In this document: piece after piece, positions 29,120 through 38,444 of the stretch
How positions within the stretch are numbered: the first letter of the stretch is position 1
Layout: the number at the start of each line of letters is the position of its first letter
DNA from: an uncultured Acidimicrobiia bacterium
GTDB taxonomy: Bacteria > Acidobacteriota > Terriglobia > Versatilivoradales > Versatilivoraceae
NCBI GenBank assembly: GCA_963810905.1
Contig: CAWEPG010000002.1
Coordinates: 242,178-306,177, forward strand
Reading direction: 5' to 3'
DNA: 64,000 nt
Program-made: the position numbers and the translations under genes
The notes under the pieces: model-generated
Seen by the model: only the letters and a program-made list of their open reading frames with translations
The model's database searches: none
Told to the model about the DNA's origin: nothing

Positions 29120-29266
29120 GCTGTAGGGACCTACGAAGCACAATTGAATACAGAAGGAAGCCGCTCAGCTCCCAGCTTTTTGAGTGTTGGAATCGCCCTT
29201 GAAAAGCTCACTCTACTAATGCCATTGTGAAGCAGTCAAACCTAGCTCAATCAAAGGAGGAACACG

Positions 29267-30370
29267 ATGACGACACGACTCATTCTGGTGGGAGGCTTCC
29301 TCGGAGCTGGAAAAACAACCTTGCTTTGGGAGGTAGCCCAAAGATTTGCAAGCCGCGGCTTGCGAGTCGGGTTGATCACTAATGACCAGGCACCCGAGCT
29401 CGTCGACACTGCGTTCCTTTCTCGCGGGGGCGTCAAAGTTACGGAAGTCACCGGCAGTTGCTTCTGTTGCAATTTCCAGGGTTTGCTCGATGCCATGTCC
29501 AATGTCCGTGCGGAAGCGGACGCCGATGTGCTCCTTGCCGAGCCGGTAGGCAGCTGTACCGACCTTTCAGCGACCATTGTTCAACCTCTAAAAGCTCGCT
29601 TTCGGCGCGAGCTTGTGATTTCCCCCCTGTCGGTTATGACCGATCCCCTGCGACTCGCCGACATTCTGGATGGTGGGACATCTGGACTTCATCCCAGTGC
29701 CGCATACATCTTCCTCAAACAGATCGAGGAAGCCGATATCGCTGTTATTAGCAAGTCAGATCTGCTCACATCAGCCGGGCTGAATAGGCTGAAGGTGCGG
29801 CTGACCCAAGCGTTTCCGAATGTGGACATATCCGCCGTAAGCGCGAAGACTGGTGAGGGGCTTGATACATGGCTGGATGAAGTGACAATGCGTTCCGACG
29901 CTGGACGGCACATTGCCGAAGTGGATTACGACGTCTATGCGGAAGGCGAGGCTGTCCTCGGTTGGCTAAACGCCACCATCGCGTTGCGTGGAGAGACAAC
30001 GGAATGGAACGCTTTTGCCAAGAACCTGCTCAGTGGTCTAAACCAACGTTTTGACAGCATGGGGGCATCGATTGGTCATGTTAAACTCATGGTCGAAGCT
30101 GGGAACAGTTTCCTGATAGGCAACTTAACCGGCAAGGGCGAGACGCCCAGCATTCGCGGCTCGGCAGTGAGCAGTTCCGAAGCCCGATTGATCATCAACG
30201 CTCGCGTTCAGATGTCTCCGGAAGCACTGGAGATGATCGTGCGCGAAACGTTCGTCTTGGTCAGCAAGGGGCGTATTACGGCCACTCCTGTGGCCTGGCG
30301 TTGTCTGAGCCCAGGGCGGCCGAATCCAACCCATCGTTACGACCACGTCGTTCCGGCAATAGATTCATAA
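29267..30370 (+). CDS. CobW/COG0523-family G3E GTPase (putative zinc metallochaperone)
   Basis: The Walker A GGFLGAGKTTLL and the CxCC metal motif GSCFCCN are present. RBS AAAGGAGG. Confidence 0.8.
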   Translation: MTTRLILVGGFLGAGKTTLLWEVAQRFASRGLRVGLITNDQAPELVDTAFLSRGGVKVTEVTGSCFCCNFQGLLDAMSNVRAEADADVLLAEPVGSCTDLSATIVQPLKARFRRELVISPLSVMTDPLRLADILDGGTSGLHPSAAYIFLKQIEEADIAVISKSDLLTSAGLNRLKVRLTQAFPNVDISAVSAKTGEGLDTWLDEVTMRSDAGRHIAEVDYDVYAEGEAVLGWLNATIALRGETTEWNAFAKNLLSGLNQRFDSMGASIGHVKLMVEAGNSFLIGNLTGKGETPSIRGSAVSSSEARLIINARVQMSPEALEMIVRETFVLVSKGRITATPVAWRCLSPGRPNPTHRYDHVVPAIDS

Positions 30371-30482
30371 ACCGAAATAGCCAACAATGGAGATGTAGCG
30401 GACGGGGACCCGCTGCTTTCTCCCAGCGATAGTCGGCACACTTTGTTTCGCCGCGCCGCTAAAACGCGCGTTCGGAGGCAGG

Positions 30483-30811
30483 ATGGCATTTGACGAAGGG
30501 TTGGCCGACGTATTAGGAATGTCCTTCGAGATCGCAAGGAAATAGTTGAGCGTAAGATGTTTGGCGGCCTCGCTTTTATATATCGTGGTCATATGTTTGT
30601 CGGAATTCTCGGCGACACACTCATGGCGCGTGTGGGTCCAGACCATTACGCCGAAGCACTGCTTCAGCCCGGAGCGAAAGAGATGGACTTCACCGGAAAG
30701 CCGATGAATGGGTATGTCTTCGTTGCACCTGTCGGCATTGATGCTGACTCCGCGCTTGAGCGTTGGATCGCCCAGTGCCTAACATTTGTGGGATCACTCC
30801 CTCCAAAATGA
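30483..30811 (+). CDS. TfoX/Sxy N-terminal-domain protein; 1-nt frameshift near 30505-30515 separates the first 9 codons from the rest
   Basis: MAFDEGLAD is in one frame. RIRNVLRDRKEIVERKMFGGLAFIYRGHMFVGILGDTLMARVGPD is in the +1 frame. Confidence 0.6.
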
Positions 30812-30955
30812 GCGCGGCTCGCTCGCCTGACCCTGCGAGACCGTTGGGTTTGGATGAACTGTCTTGCTCCAAAAGGCAATAATAACCAAATAAGCGTACG
30901 TCGCAGAAAGGTTGCACCCATATTGGTAGAATATCATCGGAAGGAGGTGAAAGCT

Positions 30956-31978
30956 ATGAAACAGATTGTCTTTCTCGCGCTTAGTATCATGGCGATGTTC
31001 ACCATAGCTTGTAGTCAAAGGTCTGAGAAGAAGGGCTCTTCTCAGATCTCTTCCCCCTCATTCTTTGTTGCTGAGGAAGGATTCGTGGACGCCCATGGCG
31101 TCTTGATTTACTACAAGGCTCTCGGCAAAGGCCAGCCCTTGGTCGTCCTCCATGGAGGTCCAGGGGCATCCCACGATTACTTTCTCCCTTATCTCCTGCC
31201 ACTCATTCGAAGGAACCGAGTCATTTTTATTGACGAGCGTGGTTCGGGACGCTCTCAAAAACTGGAGAACCCTTCGGCCTACACTGTTGAGAATATGGCA
31301 GAGGATGTAGAAGCCGTTCGCCAGGGATTGGAACTTGGCAAGATCAGTCTTTTGGGACACTCTTGCGGAGGCGTTCTGGCCCAAGCTTATGCCTTGAAGT
31401 ATCCAGAAAACCTAACCCATCTGATCCTCTGCAGCACCTTCTCTAGCACCAAGAAAATGAATGAGGTTTTCAAGAAGTTGAAGGAGACAATGACACCTGA
31501 ACTCCGGGCGCGAATCGATAAGATGGAGAAATCTGGATTGTTCGGCCACGGGAAGATATACCAAAAGAACCGTTATATTCCCGAATACATGATTGCCGCA
31601 TGGGGCGAAGGTTATTTCCCATACCTCTACCAGAATCATCCAGATCCGAATTTCGATCCGGAGAGAAACGGGATTATGGCTTGGGATCTTTATCGGGAAA
31701 TGTGGGGGTCGAATGGTGAGTTTGTCATCGATGGCAATTTGACATCCGTCGAGTACACGGACCGGCTTTCATCGATTCAGGTTCCTACGCTCATCACGGT
31801 TGGAGATCATGATGAGTGCGATCCTTCGCTCTCACAAGAAATGCACCAGAAGATAGCCGGATCAACCCTGGTCATATTGCCAAAAAGCGGGCACATGACT
31901 TTCGAGGATCAACCGGCTCTTTTCCTTTCGGCAGTGGATGAATTCCTTCATCCGGTTCAAAAAGCAAAATCATACTAG
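30956..31978 (+). CDS. Proline iminopeptidase-like alpha/beta-hydrolase (S33), lipoprotein
   Basis: RBS GGAAGGAGGTG. Lipobox MFTIAC. VLHGGPGASHDY and GHSCGG form the nucleophile elbow. Confidence 0.65.
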   Translation: MKQIVFLALSIMAMFTIACSQRSEKKGSSQISSPSFFVAEEGFVDAHGVLIYYKALGKGQPLVVLHGGPGASHDYFLPYLLPLIRRNRVIFIDERGSGRSQKLENPSAYTVENMAEDVEAVRQGLELGKISLLGHSCGGVLAQAYALKYPENLTHLILCSTFSSTKKMNEVFKKLKETMTPELRARIDKMEKSGLFGHGKIYQKNRYIPEYMIAAWGEGYFPYLYQNHPDPNFDPERNGIMAWDLYREMWGSNGEFVIDGNLTSVEYTDRLSSIQVPTLITVGDHDECDPSLSQEMHQKIAGSTLVILPKSGHMTFEDQPALFLSAVDEFLHPVQKAKSY

Positions 31979-32106
31979 TCAAATCAGCCTGACAAACAGA
32001 ACCTCATAGTCTTGATCAAAGGACCTCGGATTTTGTCCTTGATTCTGCATAGGCACGTCCCTTACGCTATTTGCATTAAAGTATAATTTATTAATTTTGG
32101 CAGCGG

Positions 32107-32400
32107 GTGGCACTAGTCGGCGATGGAGGGCTCGTGAAGCGCGGCGTCATCTTTTGTGACGGCACGTGGAATCAGCCGGACGAGATCACCAAGGGTATTC
32201 CCGCTCCGACTAATGTCGTCAAGCTCGCTGAAGCTGTCAGCCGAATCGGCACGGCGTCTTACAACAGGTCTATTACGACGCTGGCATTGGCTCCTCCGGC
32301 TCCATGATCCAACGCCTCTACGACGCGGGTACCGGGAGGACCAGAGCTACCGGCCACCGAAGCTCGTCGATTACTTCCACCGCCACCCCACACTGCTGTA
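32107..32400 (+). pseudogene. N-terminal remnant of a DUF2235 (Tle-like alpha/beta-hydrolase/phospholipase) gene, frameshifted and truncated
   Basis: VIFCDGTWNQPDEITKGIPAPTNVVKLAEAV and, in the +1 frame, QVYYDAGIGSSGSMIQRLYDAGTG match the DUF2235 N-terminus. Sense is lost after about 100 aa. It forms a high-GC island. Confidence 0.5.
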
Positions 32401-32508
32401 ATAAGATGTCCAGCACGTGACGCCCAACAACTATGGCATGAAACAGAACGAAATCGTTTACGGCTTTTGAGCAAGTAGTGATGCAACTTTAAGAAAAAGG
32501 AGAAATTT

Positions 32509-32880
32509 ATGAGTCAGAAGTCACTTTATGAACGTCTCGGTGGTTACGACGGTATTGCCGCTTTTACCGACGACTTACTTCCGCGTTTAAAAGCAGATAC
32601 TCAATTGGGTCGTTTTTGGAAAAATCGAGGAGAAGATGGTATGGCAAGGGAAAAGCAACTGCTCATTGATTTCTTATGTTCTTGTGCCGGCGGCCCCATG
32701 TACTACAAGGGGCGAGACATGAAATTATCACATAAAGGGATGAGAATTAGTGAAAGTGATTGGTCCATTTTCCTTGGACATGCTGGCGCCACGATGAAAG
32801 CTTTACAAGTTCCCCAGAAGGAATGTGACGAAGTGGCTGCATTCGTCTTAAGCCTAAAAGACGACATTGTTGAAGTATAG
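32509..32880 (+). CDS. Truncated haemoglobin (2/2 Hb)
   Basis: 123 aa starting SLYERLGGYDGIAAFTDDLLPRL. The proximal-His region is LSHKGMRISE. RBS AAGGAG. Confidence 0.7.
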   Translation: MSQKSLYERLGGYDGIAAFTDDLLPRLKADTQLGRFWKNRGEDGMAREKQLLIDFLCSCAGGPMYYKGRDMKLSHKGMRISESDWSIFLGHAGATMKALQVPQKECDEVAAFVLSLKDDIVEV

Positions 32881-32965
32881 TTGGAGATATAAAAAGGCAA
32901 ATTCAGCCGGGCACTTATGTATCGGCTGATTTGCAACGTGAGAGCTCCGCAGAAGGAGAACGACG

Positions 32966-33166
32966 ATGGGAAGCAGAGTTGTGCTTATCTTTATTGGAAT
33001 CGCAACGGCAAGCGTCGCAATTGTAGGCCTCATCCGAGGGAGCGTTTACTGCAAAGGCGGACCGTTCTCGCGTACGACGCAGCCCGTGGCTTTCTGGGGG
33101 TCCATCATGGTGTATCTTTTGTGGTCCGCACTTATGGGATACTTCGCGTTCTTTAGGCACGGTTGA
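32966..33166 (+). CDS. Small two-TM membrane protein
   Basis: 66-aa ORF with hydrophobic helices and RBS GGAGAA. Confidence 0.3.
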   Translation: MGSRVVLIFIGIATASVAIVGLIRGSVYCKGGPFSRTTQPVAFWGSIMVYLLWSALMGYFAFFRHG

Positions 33167-33474
33167 GCTTGATCCCATTCATGCAAAGCGCTACAGCCGA
33201 CGGCGTGTAACCACGCCGTCAAAAAGCCTAGATTCGACATTCTTGCAGTGGTGACCGCAGTTGATGCAAAATGCTAAGCGCCACCTGAGAACCAATGGCT
33301 CGTAAGCCGGGCCACAATATAGTTTCGTGGTTTGGGAAGTAGCGTTCCCGGTAAGGGCAAGGTCGGATTTCATTGGAGGAAAATGGGGAAAGGATGGGCT
33401 GTCTCACATTAGCCCACTCGTTTCACGGAGATGCACGCTGCGCATGTCTGCGTCAATCACGTTGGGGCTGATAC

Positions 33475-33876
33475 GTGAGGAACGTAATCGGGTTGAATGT
33501 GGTGATGATGAGGCAAAGGCATCTTAAATGGTTGCTGTTAGGGCTAAGCATCGTCTTGTTGATTCCGAGTGCCATCGTGATTGCCAGCATAATCCTTAGT
33601 GCGGCCAATGAGTCTGCCGGATGGCTTCGCTATAAACTTCCCGAAATATTCTTTTGGATGTTCCTCACAACCGGATTAGCTTCGCCCTTCTTGGGCATTA
33701 GTACGCTGCTATTGCTTTGGGCACAAAGGCATCAGAGTGCCATGAAGATCAGCAGCACAGTGGAGCGGAGGTTGAGAATTGCGCTAATCGTAGCTTCCAT
33801 GGCCGCAGTGATTGCGCCGGCAGTTTGGATCTTTTTTTTCAGTGAGGTCTTTTTTGTCGCAGGAGGAAATCGCTAG
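33475..33876 (+). CDS. Hypothetical membrane protein
   Basis: 133 aa with four TM helices. Last ORF of the co-oriented block. Confidence 0.4.
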   Translation: MRNVIGLNVVMMRQRHLKWLLLGLSIVLLIPSAIVIASIILSAANESAGWLRYKLPEIFFWMFLTTGLASPFLGISTLLLLWAQRHQSAMKISSTVERRLRIALIVASMAAVIAPAVWIFFFSEVFFVAGGNR

Positions 33877-34235
33877 CATTTAAGCTAGTTGGGTTACAGC
33901 CGGATATCTCCTTCCGGAAAATTTGAGTGATAAACCCTTTGAGTGAATTCTGGTTGAGCTGAAACCGAAGCCAGCAAAGGCTAAGTGAGATTAGAAGCTA
34001 TGATCCTTTCCGAGCCGGTAAAAGTATACAGAGTCAACGATCCGAGAATCCATGAGCACTGCAGCCAAGAGGTTTACCTAGTTGAGTTGGAGATTCTCTC
34101 ATTGTTAGACGAAGTGAGGTGTTGTCGATCGACTAGCCCTCGTTAAACCCACGCATTTCGCAGACACGCTCAGGCGCACATGTTGAGCGACGTCCGCGCC
34201 GCATTTTATCTCCATCAGTGGTACAAACCCACAAT

Positions 34236-34268
34236 CAATGCCTAATATGCATTGATCGTGCCTAATAT
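34236..34268 (+). promoter_or_regulatory. Palindrome CAATGC-CTAATAT-GCATTG overlapping a direct repeat TGCCTAATAT (34239-34248 and 34259-34268) in the 600-bp metH leader
   Basis: Seen in sequence. This is a candidate transcription-factor site. No riboswitch was recognised. Confidence 0.25.
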
Positions 34269-34487
34269 AGCCCATAGGATTCTTGGGCTATAAGGTCTTA
34301 TCAACTGGATCAGGGCGTCTACCCCAAGCCAAACAGCTGTCGCAATCCATTTAGTGTTTCTCATCTGGCATATTCCTTGCCTCTCCTGGTAAAATTAAGG
34401 GTTGTTGTCTTAAGCTGGCTTGCTTCGCGGCCGAAATGTCGGTTGACGAAGTAGGCTGGCAAGTTCACATGAGGATTCGTTTAGGTC

Positions 34488-37400
34488 ATGATCAATTCGG
34501 ACGTTAGACGTCAACAGCTTAGAGATTTGTTGGATCAGCGCATTGTCATTATTGACGGTGCCATGGGTACCATGATCCAAGGCTACAAGCTTGAAGAAAG
34601 AGATTTCCGAGGGGAACGACTCCTCAGTCATCCTTGTGATCTGAAGGGAGATAACGACCTACTGTCTCTCACTCGCCCGGACATTATTGAATCGATCCAC
34701 CACCAATTTTTGGAAGCCGGCGCTGACATCATCGAGACGAATACCTTTAATTCTACTGTGATCTCCCAAGCAGACTACAAGTTGGAATCACTGGTCTATG
34801 AAATCAACCTGGCTGCCGCCAAGGTTGCCAGAAAAGCAGTTGAAGCAGCGATGGCCAAAGATCCAGGTCGGCCGCGTTTTGTTGCGGGCTCGCTCGGCCC
34901 CACCAACAAGACTGCCTCCATGTCCCCTGACGTCAACAACCCCGCCTACCGGGCCGTGACGTTTGATCAGTTGGTGAATGCCTATTACGAACAGGTCTGT
35001 GCGCTGGTTGAGGGCGGCGTCGATTGTCTGCTGGTGGAAACGACCTTTGACACCCTCAATCTCAAAGCCGCTCTGTTCGCCATAACCCGGTATTTGGAAG
35101 AACAAGGCGTGGATATTCCTGTCATGGCCTCCGTCACGATCACTGATGCCAGTGGACGGACACTTTCAGGGCAGACGATTGAAGCGTGCTGGATATCGAT
35201 TTCCAACGCTCCCCTTCTGAGCGTCGGAATTAACTGTGCCCTCGGCGCGACTGAAATGCGCCCTTATTTGGAAGAGTTGTCGGGACTCGCCCCTGTATAT
35301 CTCAGCTGTTACCCGAATGCGGGCTTGCCTAATTCCTTCGGCGAGTACGATGAAACCCCGGAAAAGATGGCCGCGACCTTAAAGGAATATGCCGCGAACG
35401 GCTGGTTGAACATCGTGGGTGGGTGTTGTGGCACCACGCCTGCTCATATTCGTGCCATTGCCGAAGCTGTCCGGCCTTTTAAACCAAGGGCTCTCCCCGT
35501 TGTTCCCGGGTACAGCCGCTTGAGCGGCCTGGAGGCTCTCGTCATTCGTCCCGACACGAACTTTGTCAATGTTGGCGAGAGGACGAATGTCACGGGGTCC
35601 CCGAAATTTGCCAAACTCATCTTGAACGGAAATTACGAAGAAGCCCTTTCCATTGCTCGCCAGCAAGTCGAAGGCGGCGCCCAGATGATTGATGTCAACA
35701 TGGACGAAGGTCTCCTCGATTCCGAGAACGCCATGGTGACATTCCTGAACCTGATCGCCTCGGAACCTGACATTGCACGTGTCCCTATCATGATTGACAG
35801 TTCCAAGTGGAGTGTCATCGAAGCGGGATTGAAGTGTGTCCAAGGTAAAGGCATCGTCAATTCCATCAGCCTCAAGGAAGGTGAAGAGGTCTTCAAGCAT
35901 CACGCTGGCCTCATCAAGCGCTATGGTGCAGGTGTGATTGTGATGGCTTTCGATGAAACTGGACAAGCCGACACATTGGAAAGGCGAGTGGAAATTTGCA
36001 CACGCGCCTACCGGATCCTGACGGAGGAGATTGGGCTTCCCCCTTCCGATATTATTTTCGATCCCAATATCCTGACGATTGCGACCGGGATGGACGAGCA
36101 TAACAATTACGCAGTCGATTATATTGAAGCGACCCGGCGAATCAAGGCCACGCTCCCTCATTGCAAAGTGAGTGGCGGGGTCAGCAATCTTTCATTTTCG
36201 TTTCGCGGGAATAATGTGGTTCGAGAAGCGATGCACTCGGCCTTTCTCTATCACGCCATCCAGGCAGGTATGGATATGGGAATTGTCAACCCGGGCCAAT
36301 TGACCGTCTACGAAGAAATTCCGAAAGACCTTCTAGAACTGGTAGAGGATGTCATTCTCAATCGTCGCCCTGACGCCACCGAGCGGTTGATTACATTTGC
36401 CGAAAGTGTCAAGCAGAAGGGGAAAACTGAGGTTCAAGAGGACAGTTGGCGTCAAGAGCCCGTTGAAGAGCGTCTGAGTCATGCTTTGGTAAAAGGGATT
36501 GTCGAATACATCGAAACGGACACGGAAGAAGCCCGGCAGAAGCTCCCCAAGCCGCTGGACGTGATCGAAGGACCGCTGATGGCCGGGATGAATATCGTTG
36601 GCGATCTGTTTGGGTCAGGCAAAATGTTTTTGCCGCAGGTGGTCAAGAGCGCGCGGGTCATGAAGAAGGCCGTTGCTTATCTATTGCCATTCATGGAAAA
36701 AGAGAAGGAAGCGAGTGGTCTGCGGCGGGCTGTCGGCAAGATCTTGACGGCCACGGTCAAGGGGGATGTCCACGATATCGGGAAAAACATCGTGGGCGTT
36801 GTGCTGGGATGCAATAACTACGAAGTGATTGACCTGGGTGTCATGGTCCCATGCGACAAACTTCTGAAGACCGCCCGCGAGCTGGGAGTTGATATGATCG
36901 GCTTGAGCGGATTGATCACGCCCTCGCTTGACGAAATGGTTCATGTCGCCAAAGAAATGGAGCGAGAAGGATTCAAGATTCCGCTCCTGATTGGCGGCGC
37001 TACCACTAGTCGTGTGCATACAGCTGTGAAGATTGCGCCAGCCTACTCAGAACCAGTAATTCACGTGCTCGACGCTTCCCGCGCCGTGGGTGTCGTTGGG
37101 AGTTTAAGAAACCCTGCCTTAAAGCCAGTTTTTGTGGAGAACTATCGTCTGGAACAGGAAAAAGCTCGGGAGGAGCATAAGGGGAAGAAAGCTCAGCGGC
37201 CACTACTCAAACTTGAGGATGCCCGCAGAAAGAAGTTTACCCCGGAATGGAATCCTTCTGTTGTCTATCGACCGTCATTCACGGGGGTTAAGGCTTATGC
37301 TGATTTTCCGCTGGCGGAAATTGTCCCGTATATTGACTGGACTCCATTGTTTCATACTTGGGAACTTCGTGGTGTCTTTCCCCGAATTCTTGACCAAGAG

Positions 37401-38183
37401 GGCATCGGTCCAAAAGCGAGAGAGCTTTATGCCGATGCACAGGAACTCCTCTGCCGGATGGTCGAACAGAAGCTGGTGACTGCCCGTGCTGTCATTGGTT
37501 TTTTCCCTGCAAATTCTGTGGGCGATGATATTGAGGTTTATGCCGACGATTCCCGAACTGGCGTGCTTACTGTATTGCACACGTTGCGCCAGCAGACCGA
37601 CCGGCCCGACGGGCATCCCAATTTGGCTCTTGCCGATTTTATCGCTCCCCGCGAATCGGGACTGGCTGATTTCATCGGAGGTTTTGCGGTGACGGCAGGA
37701 ATCAACCTGGATGTCCTGGTAGAGAAATTCGAAAAGGATCACGACGACTACAACTCGATCATGGCGAAAGCCCTCGCCGACCGTTTGGCAGAGGCACTCG
37801 CGGAACTCATGCACCTTAAGGCCCGCGAGGTATGGGGGTTTGGAAAAAACGAGACACTCAGCGTCGATGACCTGATTCACGAGCGTTATCAGGGCATACG
37901 TCCAGCGCCCGGTTACCCGGCTAGCCCGGACCACACCGAGAAGCGTCTGCTCTTTGACCTGCTGCAAGTTGAGAAGAAGACGGGCATCCACTTAACTGAA
38001 AATTTTGCCATGCTCCCGGCAGCTTCCGTCAGTGGTTTTTACTTTTCCCATCCGGAATCGAGGTATTTTTCCTTGGGTAAGATTGAGCAGGATCAAATAT
38101 TGGATTACGCGAGACGAAAAGGGATGGATGTTAAGACCGTTGAACGCTGGCTTGCGCCTAACCTTAATTATGATCCGGAATAA
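34488..38183 (+). CDS. metH: Cobalamin-dependent methionine synthase
   Basis: 1231 aa with a homocysteine-binding N-terminus, pterin-binding domain, B12-binding DxHxxG-type region and an AdoMet activation domain. Confidence 0.95.
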   Translation: MINSDVRRQQLRDLLDQRIVIIDGAMGTMIQGYKLEERDFRGERLLSHPCDLKGDNDLLSLTRPDIIESIHHQFLEAGADIIETNTFNSTVISQADYKLESLVYEINLAAAKVARKAVEAAMAKDPGRPRFVAGSLGPTNKTASMSPDVNNPAYRAVTFDQLVNAYYEQVCALVEGGVDCLLVETTFDTLNLKAALFAITRYLEEQGVDIPVMASVTITDASGRTLSGQTIEACWISISNAPLLSVGINCALGATEMRPYLEELSGLAPVYLSCYPNAGLPNSFGEYDETPEKMAATLKEYAANGWLNIVGGCCGTTPAHIRAIAEAVRPFKPRALPVVPGYSRLSGLEALVIRPDTNFVNVGERTNVTGSPKFAKLILNGNYEEALSIARQQVEGGAQMIDVNMDEGLLDSENAMVTFLNLIASEPDIARVPIMIDSSKWSVIEAGLKCVQGKGIVNSISLKEGEEVFKHHAGLIKRYGAGVIVMAFDETGQADTLERRVEICTRAYRILTEEIGLPPSDIIFDPNILTIATGMDEHNNYAVDYIEATRRIKATLPHCKVSGGVSNLSFSFRGNNVVREAMHSAFLYHAIQAGMDMGIVNPGQLTVYEEIPKDLLELVEDVILNRRPDATERLITFAESVKQKGKTEVQEDSWRQEPVEERLSHALVKGIVEYIETDTEEARQKLPKPLDVIEGPLMAGMNIVGDLFGSGKMFLPQVVKSARVMKKAVAYLLPFMEKEKEASGLRRAVGKILTATVKGDVHDIGKNIVGVVLGCNNYEVIDLGVMVPCDKLLKTARELGVDMIGLSGLITPSLDEMVHVAKEMEREGFKIPLLIGGATTSRVHTAVKIAPAYSEPVIHVLDASRAVGVVGSLRNPALKPVFVENYRLEQEKAREEHKGKKAQRPLLKLEDARRKKFTPEWNPSVVYRPSFTGVKAYADFPLAEIVPYIDWTPLFHTWELRGVFPRILDQEGIGPKARELYADAQELLCRMVEQKLVTARAVIGFFPANSVGDDIEVYADDSRTGVLTVLHTLRQQTDRPDGHPNLALADFIAPRESGLADFIGGFAVTAGINLDVLVEKFEKDHDDYNSIMAKALADRLAEALAELMHLKAREVWGFGKNETLSVDDLIHERYQGIRPAPGYPASPDHTEKRLLFDLLQVEKKTGIHLTENFAMLPAASVSGFYFSHPESRYFSLGKIEQDQILDYARRKGMDVKTVERWLAPNLNYDPE

Positions 38184-38410
38184 GTTAACACTGGCGTCGC
38201 AGAGCTCCGCCCTCCACACGCGTACAATTCCCCCTCACCTCCAACTCCTCTCCCGCGCTGGGGAGAGGAGAGCCGACAATTTATTTTCTGGAATGGAGGG
38301 TCGAGCTCCTGCGAGACCGGAATTCCCGACAGGCCAGGAGGCCTGTCGCTACTTAGAGGAGTCGTGTCCTCGCTCCAGACGTAGTGAATCATCAAGAGGA
38401 CATTAGATTC
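38184..38410. repeat. MITE-like repeat, copy 2: inverted ends 38198-38220 and 38288-38313 around a perfect 10-bp hairpin CTCCTCTCCC/GGGAGAGGAG
   Basis: The ends match the terminal motif of copies 1 and 3. The interior matches 420-470 inverted. Confidence 0.65.
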
Positions 38411-38444
38411 GGCTCTTCGGTGGGAAAAGGAGAAGACGAGGGCT

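Larger units (their letters stand above)
4100..33900 (+). mobile_element. Candidate integron-type gene-cassette array without integrase in the window (CALIN-like): ~35 co-oriented ORFs of mosaic GC separated by attC-like imperfect palindromes
   Basis: All ORFs are on the + strand. Abrupt gene-to-gene GC changes occur. Each small gene has its own RBS. attC-like sites with RYYYAAC / GTTRRRY cores lie at 6041-6093, 8161-8222, 9769-9823, 14629-14673 and 17196-17264. Paralogous and fragmentary cassettes are present. No tyrosine recombinase was seen. Confidence 0.5.
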
